Positions 19,844 to 31,249 of a stretch of 49,139 nucleotides of DNA are shown in pieces. Source of the DNA: Cyanophora paradoxa CCMP329 (lineage: Eukaryota; Plantae; Glaucophyta); NCBI GenBank assembly GCA_004431415.1, contig QPMI01000140.1, positions 1 through 49,139 of the forward strand, in the 5' to 3' direction. Position 1 is the first letter of the stretch. Each line of letters starts with the position of its first letter. Below the pieces are notes generated by a model. That model saw nothing but the letters and a program-made list of their open reading frames with translations, searched no databases and was not told where the DNA came from. The position numbers were made by a program, and so were the translations under genes.

Positions 19844-21280
19844 AGGTCACATTTTTCTCCCATTTTGACTCGAGATTCTGACCAAGTCCAAATCCGGGCC
19901 CGGGATTCGAACCCTCGTTTTCGATCGATTTCACGCGTGAAAACGGCACTTTTCGGCCTTTTCCGATTTTTCCTTTCTCGCGATCGCATTAATGTCCCCG
20001 ATCTCGAAATCGCGATCGAAAAGGGTCGCGATCGGGAGAAAATCGCGATCGCCAGGGTCGTGATCGCCGCGATCGCCAGCCTCGGAGGGGGTACCCCCAC
20101 AGCTGTTGCGGCGGTTATAAGAACCTCCGCAATCCAAGCGTCACTTCCGAGTCTCGAGCTCTCGGAGTTGACTTTTCGCGTTTGGCCCATTGATGGCCCT
20201 CCTATATAGATACATATGTACGATTTCGACGTCTCGAACTCATCGGTCGCGTTTGTTTACGAAGTCTAGGTTTAATGTCATATATCGCCATTGCAGCGCA
20301 CCGGGTTGTCAAGAGAGCATATCGGATACAGTCCGCGTATCCACAAGAAGTCTCATGTTCCCTTGGAACTTCTACGAATGCTGCGCGACATCGGTTTCGA
20401 TCAGAAGAAGGATTCCAGAAAGTCCGGAGTCCGGAATAGTACTCGCTCGCCCTCAGTTGATTTAACCGATTGAATATATATATGCCGTGCAACATCTAAA
20501 GTGTCGACGTCCCCGATCGCGAGTGCGGCACGGAACGCACGGGCGCCGCAGCTGGATCCAACGCGGTGGAGGAGGACGAAGGTTGTGCCGGTGGGGCTCA
20601 GAGAGGGCGCAGCGGCGAGCGCGGACAGCACGCGAGAGTGGTGGCCCGAGCCCGCGCTCTCGTAATCCTCCTCCGCATCGCTGGCGTCCAGGTCCGAGGG
20701 CGAGGGCGAAGGGGGGCAGGACACCAGATCGGCCATCGAGCGGGGGCTGCAAGAGCCAGCGCTGCGTGTGCTTGGGTCCGTGGCCGCAACACGGCTGGCC
20801 ATGGCGCTGGCTATATTTGTTGGCTGGCCCGCGCAATCCGCGGTTGCCTGGGGCGCGGGCCCGGGGCGCTGGCGACTGCGGCGAGAACTTAAGCTGCACA
20901 TCATATCCGCCGCGTTCTCCATGCGAAGATCTAGCAAGACCAGTACGTATCTGTGCGGGCCGCCAATTGCAAGGAATACTTCAAGGCTTGCGCCCGGCTG
21001 CAGATCTAGACAGCAGCGCTCAGCGGCTAGATATCGATCGCCTTCTCTCCGTAGCCGCCGCGCGCGTGCGAATCCAGTGTCGAATCCAGCTGCAGCTGCA
21101 GGTCGATCGATCTCGCTTGAAGAGTCGCTTCCGCCCGCCGGGCCGGCGGCCGGCGTACGTATATCATAGTATATACGTATACGTACAGCAGCAGTCCGCC
21201 GGGCTGCGGCGACTCGGAGCCTCGGAGCAGCGGCTCAGCGAAGCCGCGATCGATATCCCGCGGCCGGGAGTCCGCACGAG

Positions 21281-21750
21281 TAGGGCACTGGCCAGCCTGC
21301 CCTCCCTCTGGCCAGCGGGCCAGCCCAAGCCGACGAAACCTTGCCAGCGGCCGGGGCTGGCCGCCAGCTTCCAGCGAAAACTTGGCCGGCCAGCTGGCAA
21401 CCAGCCTCCAGCTAGGAGCCGAAGACTCGGCTAGGCCAGCAGGCCAGCCGACCAGCCGCAGAGCCCACGTTCTTAAATGAAAACGGTGTCTTGGAAACGC
21501 TTTTGTAACTGTTTTATTGTGCACAGTTAAGAATATTAGCTGTTGATCTTATCAAGCCACCCCCTCAAGCCCCACTCCTAGCCTGGAGTCGGACCCCCAG
21601 CCAGACTGAGCCAGTGTCGCCGACCGGCTGGTCGCCCGATAAAGCCGAAAAAGGCTGGCCCGGCTGGTCAACAAATCGGGCGGCTGGGCCAGCCTAAAAG
21701 TCCAAAACCAGCCAGCCAGCTGTTCGGCCGGGCCGCTGGCCAGTGCCCTA
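21281..21750. mobile_element. hAT-type MITE
   Basis: Perfect 16-bp TIR TAGGGCACTGGCCAGC; 8-bp TSD CGCACGAG (21273-21280 and 21751-21758); GCCAGC subterminal repeats. Confidence 0.93.
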
Positions 21751-22064
21751 CGCACGAGCTGCACATGCGGCTGTTGATGCTCCTCGCCAAGGGGTACAAT
21801 GCTTGGGCGGCGATGGAAGCTTGCCATTGGCAGCTGGACGGAGGGGTCACAAATCGTGATATATGCCAATATATGCACACCGTGAACTATGAATCTGTGA
21901 TAGGAGAGCATGTGCATGCCAATGATGCTGGCGGCCATGTGCATGCCAATGATGCCATTGCAATTGCGCCGAAAAACAAAACTTCGGAACTCCACTGGCC
22001 ACTAGAAATCTAGAACGGTGAAAACCGTGGTACTGTACAGTCTGTACTATAGCGCGAGCCTATA

Positions 22065-22314
22065 CCGTGTAACACAAAAATATGGCTGACAGATTTATGT
22101 CGTTATAAAACTTGACCCTTCTCTTGGTGAAATATGACGGTCCCAAATTATGTCGTTATGAAAGTTTCAGGCTTGTATGGGGCGGTTAATTGTATGGGGC
22201 GACTTACTGTACCCGTTTTATGACGGTCCCAAATTATGTCGTTAGATCCTGTCCGAAACGACATAATTTGGTACCGACATAGTAAAGTGTCCGTCATATT
22301 ATTGTGTTATACGG
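22065..22314. mobile_element. Tc1/mariner (pogo-like) MITE
   Basis: TIR CCGTGTAACACAAAAATATG vs CCGTATAACACAATAATATG; TA on both sides; internal direct repeat TGACGGTCCCAAATTATGTCGTTA. Confidence 0.8.
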
Positions 22315-23454
22315 TAGCCAAGTAGTGGCGAATTCACTGAAAAGTGTTCACTGAAAAAGTTAACGGCCCCGGCGGTTCCGTGAAGGCGAACCGTTAACAC
22401 GAACCGTTAACCGTACGTTGACGTGCTTCGCACGTTGTGCCGCTTCGCGCTCGCAGACTGGACTCTGAACAATTCTTTTGCTTCCTCAGGGCCTGCAAAT
22501 CACTGATCGTCTTCGAATTCGCCGCCTCGCCGGCGCCGGCGCCGCGCGCGCGGGCCGGCCGGGCCCGGCCCGGGCCCGCGCCCGCCGGGCCGCGCCGGGC
22601 CGGCGCCGATCGCCGGCGCGATGGCCCGGGCGGGCCGGGCGGCCCGGGCCCCGGCGATGGCCCCCGCGGCCGCCGATGGGTGAATCATTTGAATTGTGTC
22701 AGTGCATATGCATTTGCATGTCGATGTCGCAAATCAATTGGTCCGATCCGTCCCGGTCACCGACGCTACTATGCTACGTACCCCCCGGACCTCGGGTTTA
22801 ATAGTATAAAAAACATTAGTAGTCGATTATGCCTGAAAACTTTAGTACTATTAATATCCAACCTCTTAAATGTTTCAAGTTCCTGTTTTACAGTACGGTA
22901 TACAGATCTAGACACCAGCAGTATACGTACGGTATACCGACTCTATTACCGAGTCGTACGTATACCGTATATATATATATATATACGGTACAAAATTTGG
23001 TCCGTACAATACCGTACTGTAACTCTGTAACCGTAGTAAACTGTAGAACTAGTTCATTTAGTACAGGAAAATAATTAGTAGCAACTTTTAACAGTACGCC
23101 AAAACTGCCACTTTAGCAGCTGGTAAATCTTTAGTAGGTCGGTCAGACTCGGTTAGGGCTCCGGCCCGGGTCGCCGGACCCGCGGGTGGACCCGTGGGTC
23201 GCCTGACCCGCGGGTCACGGGTCCAGGTGGTGACCCGGCGGGTCGGGTCCATACAAAGGGTCGGATCCGTGCGAGGGGGTTCCCGGTGGCACCGTAGAGG
23301 TGGCGGCAGCTGCAGCGAAGCAGCTCAGCGATGGCGGCAGCACCACAGCCGGACCGTCGGACCTTGTTCCCGCGGGACAGAAGCGTTCCGAGATATGGAA
23401 TCACTGCAGCGTCCGCCGGGAGGTATACGTAGTCAAGGCCACGTGCGGCGGCCC

Positions 23455-24250
23455 CCGCCACCGCCCGCCGGCGCGCGCCGCGCCTTCGCCCCGTGCGGCG
23501 AGCCGCGCCGCCGCCGGCCCGGCGGCCGCGTCCCCGCCCCGTGCGGCGAGCTCCTCCGACGCCCGCAGCGTCTCCGCCCTGTGCGGCGACCCCCGCTGCC
23601 GTCCGCCGCGCCTTCGCCCCGGGCTACGAGCCCCGCTGCCGCCCGCCGCTCCGCCCCGGGCGGCGAGCCGCGCCGCCGCTCCGGATCCGCCCCGGGCGCC
23701 GGCGGCGAGCCGCGCCGCCGCCCGCTGCGCCTTCCGCCCCGTGCGGCGAGCCCCGACGCCGCCCGCCGCGCCTCCGGCCCGCCCGGCGAGCCGCGCCGCC
23801 GCCCGCCGCGTCCCCGCCCCGCCCGGCGACCCCCGCCGCCGCCCGCCGCGCCTCCGGCCCGCCCGGCGACCCCCGCCGCCGCCCGCCGTGCCTACGCCCC
23901 GCCCGGCGAGCCGCGCCGCCGCCCGCCGCGCCTCCGCCCCCGCCGGCGAGCCGCGCCGTCGCTCGCCGCGTCTCCGTCCCGCCCGACGAGCCCCGACGCC
24001 GCCCGCCGCGCCTCCGGCCCGCCGGCGAGCCGCGCCGGCCCCGCCGCGCCTCCGCCCCGTGCGGCGAGCCGCGCCGTCGCTCGCCGCGCTTGCGTCCCGC
24101 CCGGCGAGCCCCGACGCCGCCCGCCGCGCCTCCGCGCCGCCCGGCGTGCCGCGCCGCCGCCCGCCGCGCCTCCGCCCCCGCCGGCGAGCCGCGCCGCCGC
24201 CCGCCGCGCTTGCGCCCCGCCCAGAGAGCCCCGCCGCCGCCCGCCTCGGC
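23455..24250. repeat. Extremely GC-rich minisatellite (~36-bp unit) inside the hAT element
   Basis: Repeated GGCGAGCCGCGCCGCCGCCCGCCGCGCCTCCGCCCC-like units. Confidence 0.9.
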
Positions 24251-24989
24251 CTCCTCTCCCTCCCCCGTTGACTTAGTCACTCCCCCCCGCCCCTCGGCGA
24301 CAGCAGCTAGCAAGTAAATATGATCATGAGTAAGAGCAAGCGCACTGCGGCAAGCGATATACAGCTGAATGGGGGCGGAGTGACCGTGCCGGGATGTGGA
24401 AGAGAACGTACTCGGGGCGGGCCGCGGGCTGCAGATGATCATGATCATGAAGCTGCAGATGCAAAGTCACTGTTAGTCGGCAGCCGGCCCCCCAAAAGAA
24501 CTAGATAGGTTCTATTTAAGCTTATATTACATTTTATTACGTTAGTATATGCTGCAGGGGCGATGCTGAAGCGCTGGGAATAAAATGGTCCGAAACTCCC
24601 CTCCTTCCAGCCCAAAGTGACTAGACCAACTGTACGGCGTAGTCTAGCCTTCTGGCGACTCTAGAAGCCGTACTTTTCTGCCACTTTATTCAGGCAGCCC
24701 GCGCTCTTAGGATAGCGTTATAGATGCGTTTGAATAGATATTATAAGATATATTATAGCGTTTAAGGGCCCTCCCGCAACGCCCTGATTGCCGATTCACT
24801 CATTCACTCTCTGGAACCAGCCAGGCTCTCTGGCGGGCTGGAATCGACAGCTACACATCTTTGGAAAGTAATTCAAGCGAGCTTTAATAATATGTTCATC
24901 GTTACACATGCACGGCTCAAAACAGACAGAAACAACTCGGCGGCGGCATGGGGGGGGAGGTGCGTGGAGGGGGCATCTGCAGCTGGCTA

Positions 24990-25690
24990 CGGCGAGGCGC
25001 ATTCGCCGCCCGCGGCGCGTCGGGCCGCGAGCGCCCGCTGCGAAGGAGATTACATCGGCCTGAAGTGCGCGGAAGCACGCGTGGCGCCCCCGCCCCCGCC
25101 CCGCGGCCGCCGCACCTTGGCTCGGCCGCAGTCCAGCCTGGTATCGGTAACGACGAGGCGCGCTCGCCACACGCGGCGCGTCGGGCCGCGAGCGCCCGCT
25201 GCGAAGGAGATTACATCGGCCTGAAGTGCGCGGCAGCGCGCGCGGCGCCCCCGCCCCCACCACGCGGCCGCCGCACCTTGGCTCGGCCGCAGTCCAGCCT
25301 GGTATCGGTAACGACGAGGCGCGCTCGCCACACGCGGCGCGTCGGGCCGCCAGCGCCCGCTGCGAGGGAGATTACATCAGCTCAAAGCGCGCGGAAGCGC
25401 GCGCGGCGCCCGCGCCCCCGCCCCGCGGCCGCCGCACCTTGGCTCGGCCGCAGTACAGCCTGGTCTCGGTTACGACGAGGCGCGCTCGCCGCCCGCGGCG
25501 CGTCGGGCCGCCAGCGCCCGCTGCGAGGGAGAATACATCAGCTCAAAGCGCGCGGAAGCGCGCGCGGCGCCCGCGCCCCCGCCCCGCGGCCGCCGCACCT
25601 TGGCTCAGCCGTAGTACTAGTCCAGCCTGGCCTCGGTTACATGTACAACGCGGCGCGCTTCGAGGAGGCGCGCTCGCCGCCCGCGGCGCG
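24990..25690. repeat. 161-bp tandem repeat, ~4 copies, inside the hAT element
   Basis: GGAGATTACATC-type anchor at 25045, 25206, 25367 and 25528. Confidence 0.9.
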
Positions 25691-28439
25691 CCGCGGGAGC
25701 GTAGTGTGGCTACAAAGAGCGTAGAGTCAACAGGGAGGGCGCACGTGGCAAGCTTAAGACTCCCGCGGGGCGCGGCCACCGGCGCCGCACCTTCGCTCGG
25801 CGGCCGGCAATGGAGAGCCGGCCTTCGCTGGACACATGGAAGAGCATCCTGCGGCAATGCTCCAACGTTGCGTGCATGTTCTAGCCGCCCTAGCGGTCCG
25901 ATCATGATCAGCGGCGCGGCCGCTGCGCGACGTCGACCTGCACGGGAACGCGCAGCGGGAGGCCAAGAGCGCACGCCATAAGCTATAGCCCTCACATCGA
26001 TCCAGTGATTCAGGAGGACGAAGGCTGCGTCGCACCTGGCACACAAAACGCCGTCGACCGGAGCTGCGCCAGAGAAAGTACGGGGGCCGACGAGGATGAT
26101 GCACACGATAGCTATGGAGCTAACCGAGCAAACACAAGACTAAGACCGCGCCGCTCAACTGGCTGCCGACCGAGTTCGGGGCGCCGCTGACAGAAATGTC
26201 TCAGTCGGAAGCGAACCCGTGTTTTTTTAGCGGTTTTTCGGTGCAACCGGTACCCCCCCAGCGACCCGGGTCGGACCCGTGGGTCACGGGTCAGGGGGTC
26301 GACCCGACCCGCGGGTCGCGGGTCCAGGTTTTAGGACCCGGGCCGGAGCCCTAGACTCGGTCTTCGCAGGGCTATTGTATGGCGGAGACGGGACTACCCC
26401 TACAAATTCTCGGCTTTAGCAGGCGGGAAATATTTAGTAGATCGCCCAAAACCTTTTAGTACTATAAATATGCAGCCTACTAGTACTAAATATTTATAGT
26501 TCTACAGTAGTACGTACGTATACGCGTACGTACGACGCGTATATATATATTTTAACGCGTTTATAAATATTTCATTTCAGCTGCAATCACCGTTCGAACG
26601 CTTATATAATTACTAGTACTGCAAACGTACGAATATCCGCCAGCACTTTATTCGCCAAAACCCGAAAATCCTGGCGGAAATTAGTCCGCCAGCATCTTGA
26701 TTTCGCCACCATGTCACCTTCGCCATAGACGAGTCAGCGGCTAGTACCCCTCTCTCCATACAAAAGCTCAATTCGCCAACGTCAAATATTCGCCAACGCA
26801 CGGGTCTGGCGAAAATAGTCGAAATTATCCGCTGGCGAACTGTTGAACAGTCGACTTCCTCTTTTTAGGTTCCGATCGCGAGTTCTTTAGATAATTGCCG
26901 AAGTACTCGGTACTGGGGCGTTCAGAAAGAGCTTGAAGAATCAGAGAAGATTGGCCTGGATATCACGTGGATTTGGCCAATTGCAAGCATCATCTGGGCC
27001 CTAATTTTTGTTCTTTAATTACCGTACGGTACCGGCCCGCCTCCCCCCGCGCCGGGCCCGGCCGGGCCCCCCGGCGCCCCCGCCCCTCCCACCTCCCTCC
27101 CGGCCCTTCACGCCGTCCCCCCCCCCGGGCCCCTCCCCCCCTCCCGCCCCCCCCCCCCCCCCCCCCTCCCATGGACTTCCCATATGCATGCATATGGCCG
27201 GGGCGCCCGCGGCCAGCTGCAGCCTCTGGCAGCGCCGGCGAGCCCTCGAGCTTCCCGGCCCACCGAAGCGCGGCCGCGCGCGGCGCCGGGCGCGGCCCAT
27301 ATGCGCATGCATCGCCCGGCCGCGGCCCGCGAGCTCCGTGCACCATGACCAACTGGGATCGGATGCATACGATCATGATCATGAGTCAAGTGTACGTACG
27401 CGTGGCCCAGTGGCAATGGGCCGACCGCGGGGGCGACGTGCACGTGGGGGCGCGGGCGGCTACGTATACATCATGGCATATCCGATGATCTAGATCTCGC
27501 GATCGAGATTCGAGCCTGGTATTTAGAGGCAGAGGTGGCGAAAGAGGTCTAGAGTGCCGCAGTGCAATGCGGCATGCGCAGCTGAGAGGGGAGCCGGGGC
27601 TGGGGGGGGGGGGGGGGGGGTGGGGCCGGGGAGGCCGGCGCCGACGGGCGGATCCCGAGGTCGACGCCGAGCGGGGAGGGGGGAGGAGGGAGGAGGGGCG
27701 GGAGGCCGCGGCCGGGGACGCGGGCGGGCGGGCGGAAGAGCGCTAGCGCTAGCGCTGTCGCGCGCGATCGGTCCGACGGTCCATGGCCAGTCGTTGACGT
27801 CACGGATCTGGATTGAGAGCTATATATATTATCTGCGCATGCCACGCATCGCGATGAATTCGAAAGCCGCTGAGCTTAAAGCTTGCACCCTTGCGCTTAG
27901 CTTGTACACGTGCACGTGTCGTGCGGCGACACCGCCCCACGTGCACGTGCACACCCCTCTTAAGCTTTACTAAAAAGTTCAACGGTTAATTATAACTTAG
28001 TAAGCTAGCTATAGATCTCTCCGCTTAAAAAGCTTCCTCCGGATCCGGACTCCCGCCCTCGAGTTCTGCGGCCGAGTTCCGAGCTTACCGAGTCCGGATC
28101 CGCCCTGCGCATGCATCGATATCGATATCGATATATATCGAGTCCCGGGTCCCATATATATGTGCATTTTATACTCAGTGTGACTATGATATGATTCGTT
28201 ACGTTGCCCCAGAATTACAGGGGCGCTGCCGACGCCCGCCGCCGGCGTACGTGCACCGCACAGCCTCGCGGCACAGGACCGCAGTTAGCATGTAGTTAAC
28301 TCGCATGCGGGCTCGCATGCAATTGCAAACGACAAAAAACAAATCTTTTTCTTTGGGGCGAGAAAATGAGGGAGTGGGCTGGAGGGGGGTACGACTCGTA
28401 CGAGTGCCTTGCGGCGCCACATTGAGGCACGAGCCCAGA

Positions 28440-30941
28440 ATGCATCCCGCTCCTTGCGGCTTTGTGTTCCTGGGCTTACCGCAACACCCATCGAGGTGCT
28501 TAGACCTGCGTACATCGCGCCGGCGCAGGCTGAACGAGCGGCGCAGCGGCGTTTACGTTGGCGTGAGCTCCTTGGCGTGCAGGCGTAGCGCGCCACGCTT
28601 TCGAAGGTGGGACGCTGTGCTTGGGGCAATCGCGGTGCCGAGCCCGAGTCGCGCCGGTGAGGTTGAACCCACGTCGACCGTCGCTTGCAGGCCCGGCGCT
28701 GGACATTGCGAATTCAGTGGCTCACTCCGCGCGCGGCGACATGCCCGCGCGGGGCGCGCGGCAGCAGCACGCCGGCGTCGGACGCGGGAGAGGCGCGGCC
28801 GCGCCCGCCAGCGGTCGCCCAGGCGCGCATGCAGGCGGAAGAGCGTTCTCTGGACGATCCCGTGAGCGCGCTGCCCGGCGTGGGACCCGTGAAGGCCCAG
28901 CGGCTGCGCAGCTGGGGCCTCGGGACGGTCCGCGGCCTCCTGGAGTGGGTCCCAAGGGACCGCGTCCACGCCGGCGACCGCGCGAGCGTCGCGGCGCTCG
29001 CGGGCATGGGCGGCTCGCGCGCCACGGTCGTCGGGCGCGTCTCCCGCGTCCGCGCGGCGCCGGCGCGCAGTCGGCCCCGCCTTGTCGTCCTCACGCTCGC
29101 CATCTCCGACGACTCCGGCGCCTCCGTCGAGGTCGTCAAGTTCTACAACGGTACCCCCGCCGCCTCCCTTCTCGCCGCGTTCCAGTAAGCCGGCCCCCGC
29201 CCCTTCTTTCCCGCGCGGCCGCCTTCCGTCCGTCGACGCCCCTGCGGCGCAGGCTGGGTACGCTGGTGTCCGCGTCGGGCACCGTGGAGGTGGCCGGCCC
29301 GGCGGACGCGCAGCAGGGGGGGTACCGCAAGCGCCCGGGGAGCGTTTCTCTCAAGTCGGCCGAAGTCAACATTCTCCGCCCGGTCCGCAGGGGCGACTTC
29401 CCGCCCGGCCGCCCCTCCGGCCCACCTCCGCGGGGCCGCGTAGGCGTGGGAGGCGGGCCCAGACGCGGCCGACCCTGAACCGCCCCGCGTCACGCCCCTG
29501 TACCGCCTCCCGTCGGCACGTTCCACGTTCCTGTACACCCCTCCCGCCCGCCGTCCTCCCCCCTGAGCTCCGCGCAGGCGCCGGGGGAGGCGGGGAGCGG
29601 GCGCCGCGGAGCCGCGGCGGACCTGCGCCTGCTCGGGGCGGCCATACAGGCGGCGCTGCCCTACGCCGAGCTCTTCGTGCGGTCCTACCTCTGCTTCGCG
29701 AAATGCGGCGCCGCCGGGACTCGAACCGGGCGCCGTCCCCGCGCGCGCAGGAGGACCCGCTGCCCCCCGACATCCTGGAAAAGCTGGGCCTACCCCCCCT
29801 CTCCGAGGCGATGCAGAACGTGCACGGGGCCGCCGGTCCCGACGGTGCGGCAGCCCTCTACGCGCCCCCTCCCTCCCCCCCCCCCTTCTCCTCGTTTTCA
29901 GCGGGACTCGAACCCGCCCCCCAGAGATGGAGGCGGCGAGCAGACGGCTCGTCTTCGACGAGCTCCTCGCCCTCCAGCTCGGTACCCCCCCGCCGCTCCG
30001 CCCCCTCTCCTCCCTTAGCGCAGTCGCCGGCAGCCCTGCTGCTTGGCAAGGCCAAGCGGAGGTCCAGGCGCTGCTCTGTACCCCCCTCGCCGCCCGGCGA
30101 GCTCATTCGGCGGGTCTGCCGTACCCCCTCTCCCCCCGCCTGTGCGTACCAGGCGGCGCCCTCGCCCTTCGCGCCTGTGCGGGACCCTCCGCCCCGCCCC
30201 GGCCCGCCCCTTCCTCCTCCTCAGAAGCGGCGGCGTAGGAGGAGGAGGCGAAGCGGGTGAGACGGGGGAGGAAAAGGAGGGGGCCGGGATCGACGCCGAG
30301 GCGGCCGGGTACCTAATGGCCGGCGCCGAGGGCCCCGAGGGGGCCCCCGCCCCGCACGGTCCGCCTCGCCGCCCCGGCCCGGCCCGGCCCGGCCCACCCG
30401 GGGCCCTTCCGACCGTGCTTGGTGGCTTTGCAGTCCTCTCTATGTCAGCAACGCCGATCCCCCGAACGTAAGCGCCCCCCCCCCCCCCCCCCCCGCCCTA
30501 TTTCCTTCTCAGTTCTGTACCCCCTCCTTATCTTCGCCGCAGGCTGGCGCTTGCCCTGCACGGCGATCTTGACATCTCCGTCCTGGACGAGGTACCCGCC
30601 GTGGCCCCCTGTACCCCCACCCCTGAGCCGCGTCTGAACCGCGTCTGAGCCGCGTCTGAATCTGAATCGCCGCCTTCAGATGCCTTCCGGTCGCAAGCCG
30701 ATCCGCACCCGCCTTCTGCGCCCCGAGGCGCGCCCGCGCGCTTCCTGTACCCCCTTGTCCGCCTCCTCACCGGGGTACAGGAGCGGGAGGACGCGTACAG
30801 CGTGATCCGCGAGCACTGCGCCCGCGGGCACCAGGTCCGCGACCATTCCCGTACCCCCTACCTTCTCCAGCCCACGGATTTCGGCCGCAGGCGTACGTTC
30901 TCTTCCCGCTGGTCGAGGAGAGCGAGGCGATGGCGCACCTG
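28440..30941 (+). pseudogene. recG: Truncated duplicate of RecG (lacks helicase motifs I-II and the C-terminal half)
   Basis: Near-identical to 37819-41378, but ~39530-40590 ([17 protein letters not shown] exons) is missing at ~30140. Similarity ends after [11 protein letters not shown]. Confidence 0.85.
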
Positions 30942-31249
30942 GTATGCCGTATGTATTACCCCTCTAGCTACCGGGGGGGCCCGTCTAGGGCGCTCCAGAC
31001 GCCTCGCGGCGGCCCCTCAGCGGGGCCGCCCTTGTGCCCTCCTCTTCCTTCTCGTTCTGCGGCGGGGCCCGAGGCGGGCGGCCTCGCCCCAGCCAGAGCG
31101 GCCCTGGGTCCTCCCCCCCTCCCTTCCCCCCTCCGCCACCCCACCCCCGGGCCGCGGGCGCGGGCAGCCGCCGCCCGCCGCGGGGATGGGCCGGGACGCG
31201 GCGCGCGGCAGCCGCCGGGCCGAGCCCGAAGCCACGGGGCGGGGCAAGC

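Larger units (their letters stand above)
1..20200. mobile_element. Endogenous dsDNA virus (mriyavirus/yaravirus-like, Nucleocytoviricota-related); left part lies outside the window, right boundary approximate
   Basis: Tightly packed, mostly intronless ORFs: A32 ATPase, VLTF3, two HUH endonucleases and fiber proteins. A shared upstream motif precedes most genes. Composition differs from the intron-rich, more GC-rich host genes after ~20.2 kb. Confidence 0.85.
23154..26353 (+). mobile_element. Non-autonomous hAT transposon (3.2 kb) with BED-finger remnant
   Basis: 19-bp TIR TAGGGCTCCGGCCCGGGTC; 8-bp TSD GACTCGGT (23146-23153 and 26354-26361); GACCC/GGGTC subterminal repeats; KRSEIWNHC...KATC at ~23381-23445. 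Confidence 0.93.
23041..26507. mobile_element. Small MITE (~260 bp) interrupted by the hAT element
   Basis: Inverted termini CTGTAGAACTA...ATTTAGTAC at 23041 and at 26507; related TTTAGCAG/TTTAGTAG motifs on both sides of the insertion. Confidence 0.6.

Noticed and set aside
1-20200. Classification as Polinton/Maverick, virophage or prophage
   Set aside because: No pPolB, RVE integrase, adenain protease or phage head/terminase genes are in view, while VLTF3 and HUH point elsewhere. The unseen left part could change this.
23194-25981. Long Arg/Pro/Ala-rich ORFs
   Set aside because: They arise from GC-rich tandem repeats inside the hAT element; only the short BED-like remnant is credible.
20560-26060. 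Short similarity GGAGGACGAAGG.TG at ~20570 and ~26013
   Set aside because: Too short to establish homology, and no recognisable protein.
26615-26855. Possible MITE with CGCCA repeats; weak inverted ends also at ~32418-32641 and ~34950-35105
   Set aside because: No convincing TIR plus TSD combination.
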